IMG/VR virus record: IMGVR_UViG_3300027653_000769
Coordinates: 1-64,000 of that record
Source: a virus
Taxonomy: Duplodnaviria > Caudoviricetes
Reading direction: 5' to 3' (one strand)
Length of the DNA: 64,000 nucleotides
The translations under genes were made by a program, and so were the position numbers. Below are positions 50,810 to 59,793 of this stretch, piece after piece. Within the stretch, counting starts at the first letter, position 1. Each line of letters starts with the position of its first letter. The notes beneath the pieces were generated by a model that worked only from the letters and a program-made list of their open reading frames with translations, was not told the origin of the DNA and made no database searches.

Positions 50810-51709
50810 ATGATATTTACACCAATAAAACCAATGCTTCTATGTATGGGAAAAGAAGTAACTAATAATCCAGGTAAGTTATACGATATTAAATGGGATG
50901 GGTGGAGAATACTCCTACACAAGCAGGGTAACAGAATAGAGGCCTTTACCAGACATGGTAACAATGTCACTTTTTTGTTCCCTGAACTAGATAAAGTTAA
51001 AGAAAATATAAAAGCGGATACGGCCATACTAGATTGTGAGGGTGTGGTATTAAGAAAAGGAATTTCAAACTTCAATGACTTTTCCTATAGAGGATTGCTT
51101 AGGAACAAACAAAAGATAGTAGATGCGACTGAGACACATCCTGTATCCTTTATTGCTTTTGATATTATACAAACCAATAAAACACACATGAAAGAACCCT
51201 TAATAGATAGGAAGAGACGACTACAGGAGATATTAACTCCCTCCAACGTAATAAGTCCAACCCCATTCATTCTTGAAAATGGAAAAGATATATATAAACT
51301 AACGAAAGAACAAGGGATGGAAGGTATTGTTGAAAAATCTATTCAATCCGTTTATAAGCTAAACACTAGGTCATCAAGTTGGTTAAAACATAAGCACTTT
51401 AAGTATATGGATGCAGTAATCATGGGCTACAAGGAGAATCCTTTCTGTTTAATTGTAGGGGCTGTATTTTCAGGAAAAATAAAACCTATTGCAACTGTTA
51501 AATACGGGTATACTTCCGAGGATAAAAAAGCATTTCGATCCGTTTCAAGGGGAATTATCACAAAGGAAGAGAACGGTGTTACGTGGGTTGAACCGCTACT
51601 GTGCTGTAATATAAAATATTTAGAACGAAACGAAAATGACAGACTACGAATTACCTCTTTTAATGGGTTCAAACTAGACAAACAGGCAATTGAATGTGGT
51701 TGGAATTAG
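50810..51709 (+). CDS. ATP-dependent DNA ligase (minimal, LigD-ligase/phage-like)
   Basis: IKPML, motif I KWDGWR, ILDCEGV, IAFDII, MEGIVEK, RSSSWLKHK. Confidence 0.9.
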   Translation: MIFTPIKPMLLCMGKEVTNNPGKLYDIKWDGWRILLHKQGNRIEAFTRHGNNVTFLFPELDKVKENIKADTAILDCEGVVLRKGISNFNDFSYRGLLRNKQKIVDATETHPVSFIAFDIIQTNKTHMKEPLIDRKRRLQEILTPSNVISPTPFILENGKDIYKLTKEQGMEGIVEKSIQSVYKLNTRSSSWLKHKHFKYMDAVIMGYKENPFCLIVGAVFSGKIKPIATVKYGYTSEDKKAFRSVSRGIITKEENGVTWVEPLLCCNIKYLERNENDRLRITSFNGFKLDKQAIECGWN

Positions 51710-51753
51710 AATCCTAATTATTCGTAATAGGATTCTTTTTCTTAAACAATGTG

Positions 51754-51782
51754 TTTACCAATAAATTAATTTAGTGTAACTT
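51754..51782 (+). promoter_or_regulatory. Conserved promoter/operator motif, copy 6
   Basis: TTTACC-aataaattaatttagtg-TAACTT. Confidence 0.6.
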
Positions 51783-51891
51783 TAATTTGAGATTGCTGGA
51801 ACGAAGAGTTTAAAGATAATCTAAAAATAGTTGATAAGAAAATAAAAATATAAGAAATAACAGTGAGTTATATTAAGGAGGAAGTAAATAG

Positions 51892-52194
51892 ATGGAAATA
51901 AAGATAAGTAAAAGGAGTAGTGAAGTGTCTAAAAATGATAAGGGGATTATAGGTAAAGATGTGGAGAGTCAAATGAAGAAGGGGTTTGATTTAAACACAG
52001 TTAAGACGGTCGAGTGTTTAGAATGTAAAGAATTACATCGAACGAATTCTGAGGGTTATTTAACTGTATATGGGAATATTTGCATAGGAAAGTCAGGGGG
52101 AATCTTAGGAGGAGGTTCATGGGAAAATGAAGGAATACCAGTGAATACACTTTGTATTGAGTGCTTTGTTGAGTTTATACGAAAATACAATTAA
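51892..52194 (+). CDS. Hypothetical protein with two CxxC motifs
   Basis: CLEC...CIEC; RBS AAGGAGG. Confidence 0.75.
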   Translation: MEIKISKRSSEVSKNDKGIIGKDVESQMKKGFDLNTVKTVECLECKELHRTNSEGYLTVYGNICIGKSGGILGGGSWENEGIPVNTLCIECFVEFIRKYN

Positions 52195-52385
52195 TAGGTT
52201 GGGATATTGGGGATGGAAAAATACTCAAACAAGATAATACTCCCATACCGAATACATAAGAAAAGACACTTGAAAATTATTTAAATTGAAACTATTAAGA
52301 GAAGGGTATGAAGATGTAGTTTTAAATTGTTCATGTGAAATTCTTAGAGATAGTGTTTAAATAAAAAGTGGAGGTAGGACAGGAA

Positions 52386-52676
52386 ATGATCAATAATTTA
52401 TGTAAACAGGCATATGAAACAGCGAAAGAAAAGGGGTGGCATGATGCACCGATAGAAACGGGAACGTCACTTGCTCTTATTCATTCGGAAGTTAGTGAAG
52501 CCTTAGAAGCGGATCGAAAAGGGAATCAAGAAAATTTCAAGGAAGAACTAGCCGATATATGTATTAGAGTATTTAACCTGTGTGGGTCAAGGGGAATTGA
52601 TTTAGAGAACGAGATTTTAACGAAAATGGAGAAAAATAAAGATAGATCATATAAACATGGAGGAAAGGCCTATTAA
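52386..52676 (+). CDS. MazG-like all-alpha NTP pyrophosphohydrolase
   Basis: KGWHD, LALIHSEVSEALEADRK, EELADICIR, KMEKNKDR..KHGGK. Confidence 0.85.
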   Translation: MINNLCKQAYETAKEKGWHDAPIETGTSLALIHSEVSEALEADRKGNQENFKEELADICIRVFNLCGSRGIDLENEILTKMEKNKDRSYKHGGKAY

Positions 52677-52689
52677 AAGGAGGAATACA

Positions 52690-53451
52690 TTGGTAGACAT
52701 CGATTTAAACAAATCTAATTTAACATGGTTAGAGGAAAGAACAATTATTTTATCACCTACAGGCAGTTATGCATATGGAACAAATACAAAGGAGTCTGAT
52801 AGAGATTATAAAGGTGTTTGTATTCCACCTATTGAATATTATCTGGGATTGGAATCCTTTAATGAGTATAATAATAGTGGGGGTAAAAACTTCAAGAATA
52901 CAAAAGATGATGTTGACGTGAATATTATTCATATCAATAAATTTGTAAAAGATGCAATGAGGGGAGTTCCCAACAATATTGAAATTTTATTTGTCAGAGA
53001 GGAAGACTATTTAAAAGTAACCGATCTAGGACGGATTCTTATTGATAACAGACATCTTTTCCTTTCTAAACAGATCCTAAAAACGTTTGGAGGTTATGCA
53101 TATTCCCAACTTCAAAAACTAAAAAATAAGAAGTCTAATGGAACAGGAAGACATGATCTCATCCAAAAACATGGATATGATACAAAATTTATGGCTCATA
53201 GTATTAGGTTGCTGACAAGTGCAATTGAGATCCTGGAAACCGGGGACTTCTCAACATATAGACCGAACAGAGAACACTTACTTGAATGTAGGGAAGGTAA
53301 GTATACATTTGAAGAAGCGGTTGAAATGATTGCAGAATATGATACTAAATTGAAAGAAGCAGCGAATAGATCTGACCTTCCAAAGACACCAGATTATCAA
53401 AAAATTAATAAGATGTTGGTTGAATTAAATAAGAGAGGTTTGGAATTATAA
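52690..53451 (+). CDS. Pol-beta-superfamily nucleotidyltransferase (RlaP/YcgL-like)
   Basis: TGSYAYGTNTKESDRDYKGV, PNNIEILF, FGGYA, HGYDTKFMAHSIRLL; RBS AAGGAGG before TTG 52690. Confidence 0.85.
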   Translation: MVDIDLNKSNLTWLEERTIILSPTGSYAYGTNTKESDRDYKGVCIPPIEYYLGLESFNEYNNSGGKNFKNTKDDVDVNIIHINKFVKDAMRGVPNNIEILFVREEDYLKVTDLGRILIDNRHLFLSKQILKTFGGYAYSQLQKLKNKKSNGTGRHDLIQKHGYDTKFMAHSIRLLTSAIEILETGDFSTYRPNREHLLECREGKYTFEEAVEMIAEYDTKLKEAANRSDLPKTPDYQKINKMLVELNKRGLEL

Positions 53452-53460
53452 CCAAAAGGG

Positions 53461-53844
53461 TTATTTTTTCCAACCTCTTTCTTTTTCTTTAAAAGAGGTA
53501 GCCTTTGGTCCATACAAATATTCTTCCATTACTTTACAGGTCATATCCCTTAACTCACTTGGAGTATAGGAAATAACAAAGGATTCACTTTCGGTACTTA
53601 CTTTGTATTCTACGGATTATTTATTTTTGGATATGATCTTTACATCTATATGCAATTCGGAGTATAATTTCCTTTTAATTGTATTCAAATCTCTTTGGAT
53701 ATTCTCAATGACAGAATCTAACTTATCCATGAAAACATTCCCCATCTCAAAAGACTTAAATAACTCACGATCCTTATTCAAAACTTTAAGCGCCATGGGA
53801 AGTACAAAGGATTGTTCTACAAGAAATTTTTTGTTAAGATTCAA
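53461..53844 (-). pseudogene. YhjD-like gene interrupted by one in-frame TAA (53617-53619)
   Basis: LPMALKVLNKDRELF... frame continues after the stop for about 50 codons (SVEYKV...ELRDMTCKVMEEYLYG...GWKK). Confidence 0.6.
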
Positions 53845-53963
53845 TACTACTCACCTCGCCTTTCATTATTTTATTTATTATACCAACAGGAAGCAGGAAA
53901 GTGAATATGGTGGAACAATATACCTGAAACAGGAAATTAAATGAATATACAAGGAGAGGTAAC

Positions 53964-54128
53964 ATGTATATTTTAAAGTACTTTGATGGAGATGAAATAG
54001 TACTTAGCAAAGGAATAGATAAAAGCTATGCTATAAAAATGGCAGAAAAGAATCAAACTATATACCAAGTTATTAGGAATAATCGAGATAAAGAAATAGT
54101 ATGGGAAAGAGAAAACCCGGAAGAATAA
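53964..54128 (+). CDS. Small hypothetical protein (54 aa)
   Basis: RBS AAGGAGAGG. Confidence 0.6.
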   Translation: MYILKYFDGDEIVLSKGIDKSYAIKMAEKNQTIYQVIRNNRDKEIVWERENPEE

Positions 54129-54204
54129 TACAGGAATAACGGGAGAATGAATAAGATATAAGATCCTTAAGGGATTATAAATAAAAGAATTGGTAGGGAA
54201 AAGA

Positions 54205-54330
54205 ATGGACGATGAAATAAATAAAGAAGATAAAGAAAAACTTCTTGAAAAACTAAGTAAGGCTCAATCAGATGAATTGGTTACATTTGCTTCGGAAGAA
54301 TGGGAACTTCTTAAAAAGTTATTAAAATAG
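54205..54330 (+). CDS. Small hypothetical protein (41 aa)
   Basis: RBS GGTAGGG. Confidence 0.45.
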   Translation: MDDEINKEDKEKLLEKLSKAQSDELVTFASEEWELLKKLLK

Positions 54331-54389
54331 GAGAGACGAGTATAAGAACAAGGATTATTAGTTTAATCCTTTTAATTTTGCTTTATTCA

Positions 54390-54418
54390 TTGACATTTAA
54401 TATAAAGTAATGTAATAT
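54390..54418 (+). promoter_or_regulatory. Conserved promoter/operator motif, copy 7
   Basis: TTGACA-tttaatataaagtaatg-TAATAT. Confidence 0.78.
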
Positions 54419-54451
54419 TAGGTATACAGAAACGATATGGGAGAGATAAAC

Positions 54452-55129
54452 ATGAGTACAAGAAAAAAGAATGGTTCAATGAAAATTATATCAACAATAA
54501 TTGCTATAGCAATTGTAGCAGGAGTTCTACTATTTGGTAGTAATGACGTAAAATATATGGTATTCGATACATTAGGAATCGATGGTGTTGAACAATTTGC
54601 AGAAGAACCAGAGTCTAAACAAGATAGTGCTATTATAGATAACGGTAAATCAGATTTTACATATGAAGAATTACAGCAAACAGAAGGATTTATAGAGTTT
54701 GGAGAGTTAGATCATTTAGGTAGAGCAACAGCAGCTAACGCAACAATCACAAAAGACATGTACAAAACAGGAACAAGTGCGAATCAGAGTATTAAGCCTA
54801 CTGGATGGATAAGCGGTAAAAAGCCACACGGACATGCAAGAGGACACTTAATAGGAAATCAATTAGGTGGAAGTGGAGATGACGAGCGTAACTTAGCAAC
54901 AATTTACCAAAACCCTGTAAATACACCTAACATGACAAAGTATGAAAACGAAGTAAAGAATGCAATTGTAGAAGGTGATGTAGTACGATACCGAGTAACA
55001 CCAGTATTTGACGGAGATGAGTTGTTTGCAAGGGAAATCCGTATGGAAGGAAAAAGTTTAACAGATTGGGGAACAGTTGATTTTGATGTAACGATTCCAA
55101 ACGAAAAAGATGAAGACGATGAAGAATAA
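54452..55129 (+). CDS. Membrane-anchored DNA/RNA non-specific endonuclease (beta-beta-alpha-metal)
   Basis: N-terminal TM; LDHLGRA, KPTGW, ARGHLIGNQLGGSG..RNL, VRYRVTPVF. Confidence 0.9.
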   Translation: MSTRKKNGSMKIISTIIAIAIVAGVLLFGSNDVKYMVFDTLGIDGVEQFAEEPESKQDSAIIDNGKSDFTYEELQQTEGFIEFGELDHLGRATAANATITKDMYKTGTSANQSIKPTGWISGKKPHGHARGHLIGNQLGGSGDDERNLATIYQNPVNTPNMTKYENEVKNAIVEGDVVRYRVTPVFDGDELFAREIRMEGKSLTDWGTVDFDVTIPNEKDEDDEE

Positions 55130-55289
55130 TAAAAAAAGTAAAGGTCATTCTTAAAAGGGTGACCTTTTTTGTTGATAAATGTTAGGTAAGAATAGAAAGT
55201 AAAACAAGGTGAAGGTGGTGTACGATAGGAAAATAAAAGGTGTACTATTAGTAACAGGATTAACTATTTAAATGAGTCTAAATAATTCA

Positions 55290-55318
55290 TTTACTTTTAA
55301 AATAAAGTAGTGTATAAT
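55290..55318 (+). promoter_or_regulatory. Conserved promoter/operator motif, copy 8
   Basis: TTTACT-tttaaaataaagtagtg-TATAAT. Confidence 0.75.
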
Positions 55319-55347
55319 AGAAAATAGAAAGCACAGGAGGGAACGGA

Positions 55348-55524
55348 ATGATAAAAGACATCGATGGTCTTAAACCAGGAACAAAGATAGAATACGGTAT
55401 GTTTACAAATATAACTTTTGAAGGCACGGATAGTAAACACGTTATTATGAAAGATAAAAATGGAAATGAAAAAAGGGTATTTAAATCTTTATTTAAAAAG
55501 TATGGGAACATAGTTAACAAGTAA
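55348..55524 (+). CDS. Small hypothetical protein (58 aa)
   Basis: RBS AGGAGGG, directly after motif copy 8. Confidence 0.65.
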   Translation: MIKDIDGLKPGTKIEYGMFTNITFEGTDSKHVIMKDKNGNEKRVFKSLFKKYGNIVNK

Positions 55525-55550
55525 AGCAAAAAAATAAGGAGGGTATTTAC

Positions 55551-55931
55551 ATGAACATGTTCAAAAAAGTACAAGAAGAAAATCCAAATATAAAGGATAG
55601 TGAGGTAACAAACGTATTAGGGGAACATGGGGTAGAAGATATAAACGACTATTTGATATTTAGCGATAAGAAGGATAGAAAGACTTTTCTTAAAACATAT
55701 GAAGTATTAAAAGATAAAAACACAATCACCTTTAAAGAGGATGAACAAACCCTTATAGCACAAACAATAGATGGAGATTATGTGATAAGTAGTTTGGACG
55801 GAATTAGAGTAGTGGATGTGTCCTTAGATAAGAATATTGAAGAGTTTTATGAGGGGTATACCTCATTGGAATTTTTGAGTGAGTATGTAGATGGAAAAAT
55901 AAAGTCTAATATTTTAGCACCTATGGAATAA
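55551..55931 (+). CDS. Hypothetical protein
   Basis: RBS AAGGAGGG. Confidence 0.75.
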   Translation: MNMFKKVQEENPNIKDSEVTNVLGEHGVEDINDYLIFSDKKDRKTFLKTYEVLKDKNTITFKEDEQTLIAQTIDGDYVISSLDGIRVVDVSLDKNIEEFYEGYTSLEFLSEYVDGKIKSNILAPME

Positions 55932-55946
55932 AGGAGAGATATTAAA

Positions 55947-56219
55947 ATGGAAATCATAGAACTGTTCGAGTCACTTTCAGGAAGATACCACTTGGAAGAA
56001 AATTTTAAGGCACGTTTGAATGTTTTAGTTGTAGACAGATACATAGGGGAAGATGATTCTGAAAAAATGATGCAAGTTATCCGACATGCAATTATAGATG
56101 GAAAAGTAGAAGCGGCTATGGAAGCGTATGAGTGGGAACTTGACACGCATACAAGAGAGGAAACATTTAAGGTAGTGGAAGACGTTTACTGGATAGGAAG
56201 CAGTAAAAAAAGAAGGTAA
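55947..56219 (+). CDS. Hypothetical protein
   Basis: RBS AAGGAG. Confidence 0.7.
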   Translation: MEIIELFESLSGRYHLEENFKARLNVLVVDRYIGEDDSEKMMQVIRHAIIDGKVEAAMEAYEWELDTHTREETFKVVEDVYWIGSSKKRR

Positions 56220-56261
56220 TAAGGGGTCAAATACTAAACAACGTCCATGAGGGTGCATACA

Positions 56262-56918
56262 ATGAAGAGGTTAGTAATAATTCTATATGAAGTATTTATG
56301 ATAAGTCTGGTTATTTTTTCATTAGTTTACACCTGGCTAGGCATAGGCGGAGCTGGTAAGCTTTTTGTTAAAATAATGTGGATGATATTCCTTGTGGACG
56401 TTGTAGCAAGATTTGTGGCAACTAAGGGGAAATGGAAATATTTAAAAGAAAATCCGTTTGATGTTGTCTCTGTTATTCCTTTGGAGGATTCATTACTCCT
56501 TGCAAGGTTTGCAAGGTTAATTAAGTTATTCAGATTAAAAACTGCATTAAAACGATATATCAATCCATTTATTGAATACATGAAGAACATTAGTCTTAAG
56601 AATATAACACTTGTTTGTATAGGAATAAATATAGTTGGAAGTATCCTTGTATATAGTAAAACAGACTGGGGTATAACGAAAACCTTTATATGGGTAGTTA
56701 GTAATTTTATAAAATTTAATTATATAGAGGGAATGAACGACAATTACATTTTAGCAGTAGCTTTATGTGTAAAAATAACAGGGGTTGTTTATGTAGGGAG
56801 TATTATAAAGGAGTTATTACAGTTTTTAAATGAAAAATTGCGAGGAAGGCTTAAAAAACAAGACAAGCAAAAAACATATAATATAAACGAGAAAGAAAGA
56901 CTTGAAAATAAAGGGTAA
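56262..56918 (+). CDS. 6-TM ion-channel-like protein with S4 helix but no K+ selectivity filter
   Basis: IFLVDVVARF, YLKENPFDVVSVIP, LARFARLIKLFRL; pore region WVVSNFIKFNY instead of TTVGYGD. Confidence 0.75.
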   Translation: MKRLVIILYEVFMISLVIFSLVYTWLGIGGAGKLFVKIMWMIFLVDVVARFVATKGKWKYLKENPFDVVSVIPLEDSLLLARFARLIKLFRLKTALKRYINPFIEYMKNISLKNITLVCIGINIVGSILVYSKTDWGITKTFIWVVSNFIKFNYIEGMNDNYILAVALCVKITGVVYVGSIIKELLQFLNEKLRGRLKKQDKQKTYNINEKERLENKG

Positions 56919-56935
56919 ATAATTATACAAAACTA

Positions 56936-56964
56936 TTTACATTTAAATAAATATAGTGTAATAT
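56936..56964 (+). promoter_or_regulatory. Conserved promoter/operator motif, copy 9
   Basis: TTTACA-tttaaataaatatagtg-TAATAT. Confidence 0.78.
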
Positions 56965-57031
56965 AAAGATAAGATCAAATTACAAGTAGCAGAATAAATG
57001 AACGTCTAACAAGATTAAGGAGAGATAATAA

Positions 57032-57637
57032 ATGGGAGCAACAGACTTTGTAGAAATTATCACAGCGAGTTCACCACAAGAGGGGTATAAAGAGATAGTA
57101 GAAGACTATATTAGTATGTATGGGAACGATCCGTATAACGGAACAATGAGTACAAGTAGATTAGGAAACGTTGTAAAAAGATACGACAAGTATTTAAAGA
57201 GGAACGAGGACGAAGCCTTTAAATACGTACACGATGAAAACGGAGGGGAAAAGGGCGTTGCAAAGGTAATTGATTTAGGTGTAGTTGAATGGCGGGCAAT
57301 AACTATTAAAAAGAAAGCAACAGGCAATAAGCCAAGTTATAAAATGATGTATGTTGTAGAGAAAAATGGAGGTTTCCAAAGTCAATTTAATAGTAAGTTA
57401 AAAACATTTCCGACCAAAAAGGAAGCGGACGATTACGCTATGAGATACCTAAAAGACAATTCAGCAGAAGATGTTTCTGTTAAAAAGGAGTATGTATTGA
57501 TTAGTGGGAACAGCGAGGTTACAGAGTTTACTAGGGAGGTAAAGACATATAAAACAAAACCAAATCTAAAATATAACGAAAATAGAACGATAATTGCGTA
57601 CCATAAGTACTTATATTTTGGTTTGGCAAGTATGTAG
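57032..57637 (+). CDS. Hypothetical phage-like protein
   Basis: RBS AAGGAG; MGATDF...YGNDPYNGTMST. Confidence 0.8.
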   Translation: MGATDFVEIITASSPQEGYKEIVEDYISMYGNDPYNGTMSTSRLGNVVKRYDKYLKRNEDEAFKYVHDENGGEKGVAKVIDLGVVEWRAITIKKKATGNKPSYKMMYVVEKNGGFQSQFNSKLKTFPTKKEADDYAMRYLKDNSAEDVSVKKEYVLISGNSEVTEFTREVKTYKTKPNLKYNENRTIIAYHKYLYFGLASM

Positions 57638-57744
57638 TATCATTTAGAAAAACATTAGAGAGCATGGTGCTCTCTTTTTTTGATAATTAATTTCCCTTCA
57701 AATATAAATAAGGACAAAAAAGTAAAATTATTCACCAAAATATG

Positions 57745-57773
57745 TTTACATATAAATAAAAGTAGTGTATAAT
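57745..57773 (+). promoter_or_regulatory. Conserved promoter/operator motif, copy 10
   Basis: TTTACA-tataaataaaagtagtg-TATAAT. Confidence 0.8.
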
Positions 57774-57831
57774 AAAGTTATTGAGTTAGAGATGAAAAAG
57801 TACATAAGTAACTATCTAGGAGGAATATAAA

Positions 57832-58335
57832 ATGGCAACAATTAATCAGTTTGAAGTAAAGGCATTGAAGTATTATCCAGATCATGAAGGAATGTCAGTA
57901 CCATATGGAAACTTATATTATAAAAACAGTAAAATGGGAGAGTTTCAAGCAGATGCTTGGGCAGGTCCAATGGGGTATACGCACACAAGCAAAAAGGTTT
58001 CAGAGGAAGAAATGATGAAGGAACTTAAGAGTATACAAACCAAAAACGGATGGGATGATTTTTTTGGGAGTTTTGATATTTTACTGGATGTTTTAATAGA
58101 TTTCAAAGAAGATGAAACAGCATTTAAAAAGTTACAAAAAAAGAACAGTATCTATTTGAAACTAGATGTGGATATGACCAAAGAACCGGGACAGATTTTC
58201 ATACATCCTTCAGGATATTCCATTTCAGAAAACGCTACTGAGGAAGATATATCAAAAGCAGTAGAAGAAATTAAAGGGGATAAGGAGAATGTACAGGTAA
58301 CTGTGTATAGGAGTTTAGATGATTTTAATATGTAA
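57832..58335 (+). CDS. Hypothetical protein
   Basis: RBS AGGAGG. Confidence 0.8.
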   Translation: MATINQFEVKALKYYPDHEGMSVPYGNLYYKNSKMGEFQADAWAGPMGYTHTSKKVSEEEMMKELKSIQTKNGWDDFFGSFDILLDVLIDFKEDETAFKKLQKKNSIYLKLDVDMTKEPGQIFIHPSGYSISENATEEDISKAVEEIKGDKENVQVTVYRSLDDFNM

Positions 58336-58374
58336 CATAGATATAAAAAGAAAATAAAAACAAGGAGATATAAA

Positions 58375-58578
58375 ATGAAATTATCAGAGTTCTTTTCAAG
58401 TGGGATTATGCACAAGAAGGCTAAACTTAAAATAGACATTTCATTAGATAACGGTGAGAAGATGAGTAGGGGAGAAGAAGTAAGTGTTTTAAAGGATTAT
58501 GGGGAAGGGTACTACCATATCGAACATAATGATTTTGCATGTAAAGCACACAGGAATGAGATTGACTTTATTAACTAA
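58375..58578 (+). CDS. Small SH3-like hypothetical protein
   Basis: RBS AAGGAG; beta-rich pattern. Confidence 0.65.
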   Translation: MKLSEFFSSGIMHKKAKLKIDISLDNGEKMSRGEEVSVLKDYGEGYYHIEHNDFACKAHRNEIDFIN

Positions 58579-58718
58579 AGAGGACGATGGCGAGCGAAAC
58601 AAAAAGACCACCAACAGAGGGAGGTCTTTTTTGTTTAAATAAAACAGATAAGTTATCCCCTTATATAAAAGGAAATATGCGTTAAATTGGAATTAGAAAG
58701 GAAAGAGGAGGTGTTTCA

Positions 58719-59306
58719 ATGAATAAATACTCACTATATTTACAGGCATTAAAAAATGAAGTATATGAACGTATTGAAGATGAGAAGAATAAGGAACTTA
58801 TCAAACGTAATGCTTTATATGGAGTAAAGGTAATTAAGTCTTTACCGAGGGAATTAACATACGATCAATCTGTTTATGCTTTTCATTTAACTAATTCAAT
58901 CCAACAAATAATGAGTCAACTGACACCTAAAGAGTTTATGAACATATTCCCTATAACAAAAGATTACAAGGGATATAAGTGGGATATTAAGGATTACTAT
59001 TCTACGATGGAATATGTAAATAAGTTAGATCAGTCTAGGCCTATAGGAGAAGAAATTGATAAATTTTTAAGGGAATACATGAATGAAGAAATAAACAGAT
59101 TCAGTATTGCTATTTTAAGATTGATGAGTAGTATAAGGCGTTATGAAGGTAAACTTACAATAGCAGAAGAATGGGCCAGTGAGAACAAAATAGAAACATA
59201 TCAAAAGCATAAAGATAATAAGGGAAATGAATTCCTGTTAGATAAAAAGGGAAGAACTCAAAAAATAACCAAGCCAAGACCGAAGCATTTAAAGGTAGTC
59301 AAATAA
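58719..59306 (+). CDS. Hypothetical phage-like protein
   Basis: RBS GAGGAGGTG; LTPKEFMNIFPITKDYKG..KDYYST. Confidence 0.8.
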   Translation: MNKYSLYLQALKNEVYERIEDEKNKELIKRNALYGVKVIKSLPRELTYDQSVYAFHLTNSIQQIMSQLTPKEFMNIFPITKDYKGYKWDIKDYYSTMEYVNKLDQSRPIGEEIDKFLREYMNEEINRFSIAILRLMSSIRRYEGKLTIAEEWASENKIETYQKHKDNKGNEFLLDKKGRTQKITKPRPKHLKVVK

Positions 59307-59446
59307 AGAAAAATGAATGATTGCCTTTATATTTCAAAACAAAATTAAGGAAACGAAGCTATTTAAGAGATAAGAAAATAGCTGCGATATCGGCAATGTT
59401 TAGTGAAAAGACATTAACACATAAAAGATAAGGGAGATGTTTATGT

Positions 59447-59578
59447 ATGAGAAACAAATTAAGTAGAAACAAGAAGAAAATAGGTATTTCAGTTGTTATA
59501 GTAGCTATTTTAACAGCAGTAGTAACATTATGTAATGGTGAGGTAAAACAGCAACAGAAGAAGAAGCTGCAAATCTAA
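59447..59578 (+). pseudogene. Possible truncated paralog of the downstream lipoprotein (signal-peptide remnant)
   Basis: LSRNKKKIGISVVIVAILTAVVTLCNGE resembles LNRNKVLLGLLVVLTVVISACSGE. Confidence 0.35.
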
Positions 59579-59647
59579 ATTACAGGGATCTATAACAGTC
59601 AAACTAATAAGAGTGCCTAGGGGCATTCTTTTGTTTTATTATTTAAA

Positions 59648-59676
59648 TTGACAAATAATAATAAGTAGTGTAACAT
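59648..59676 (+). promoter_or_regulatory. Conserved promoter/operator motif, copy 11
   Basis: TTGACA-aataataataagtagtg-TAACAT, then GTTAGATAAG. Confidence 0.72.
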
Positions 59677-59793
59677 AGTGGTTAGATAAGATAAGCCAAA
59701 AACAAAAAGAAGATAAGAAATTATCTCGAACATAAGACCAAATAGAGTAATGTTCGAGTTATGATGTATAAATTATTAAGGGAGGTTTTATTA

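Noticed and set aside
53603-53944. 113-aa plus-strand ORF
   Set aside because: Antisense to the YhjD-like pseudogene and no RBS
59726-59758. CGAAC...GTTCG as a LexA (SOS) box
   Set aside because: Half-sites are about 20 nt apart, not GAAC-N4-GTTC; more likely a leader hairpin
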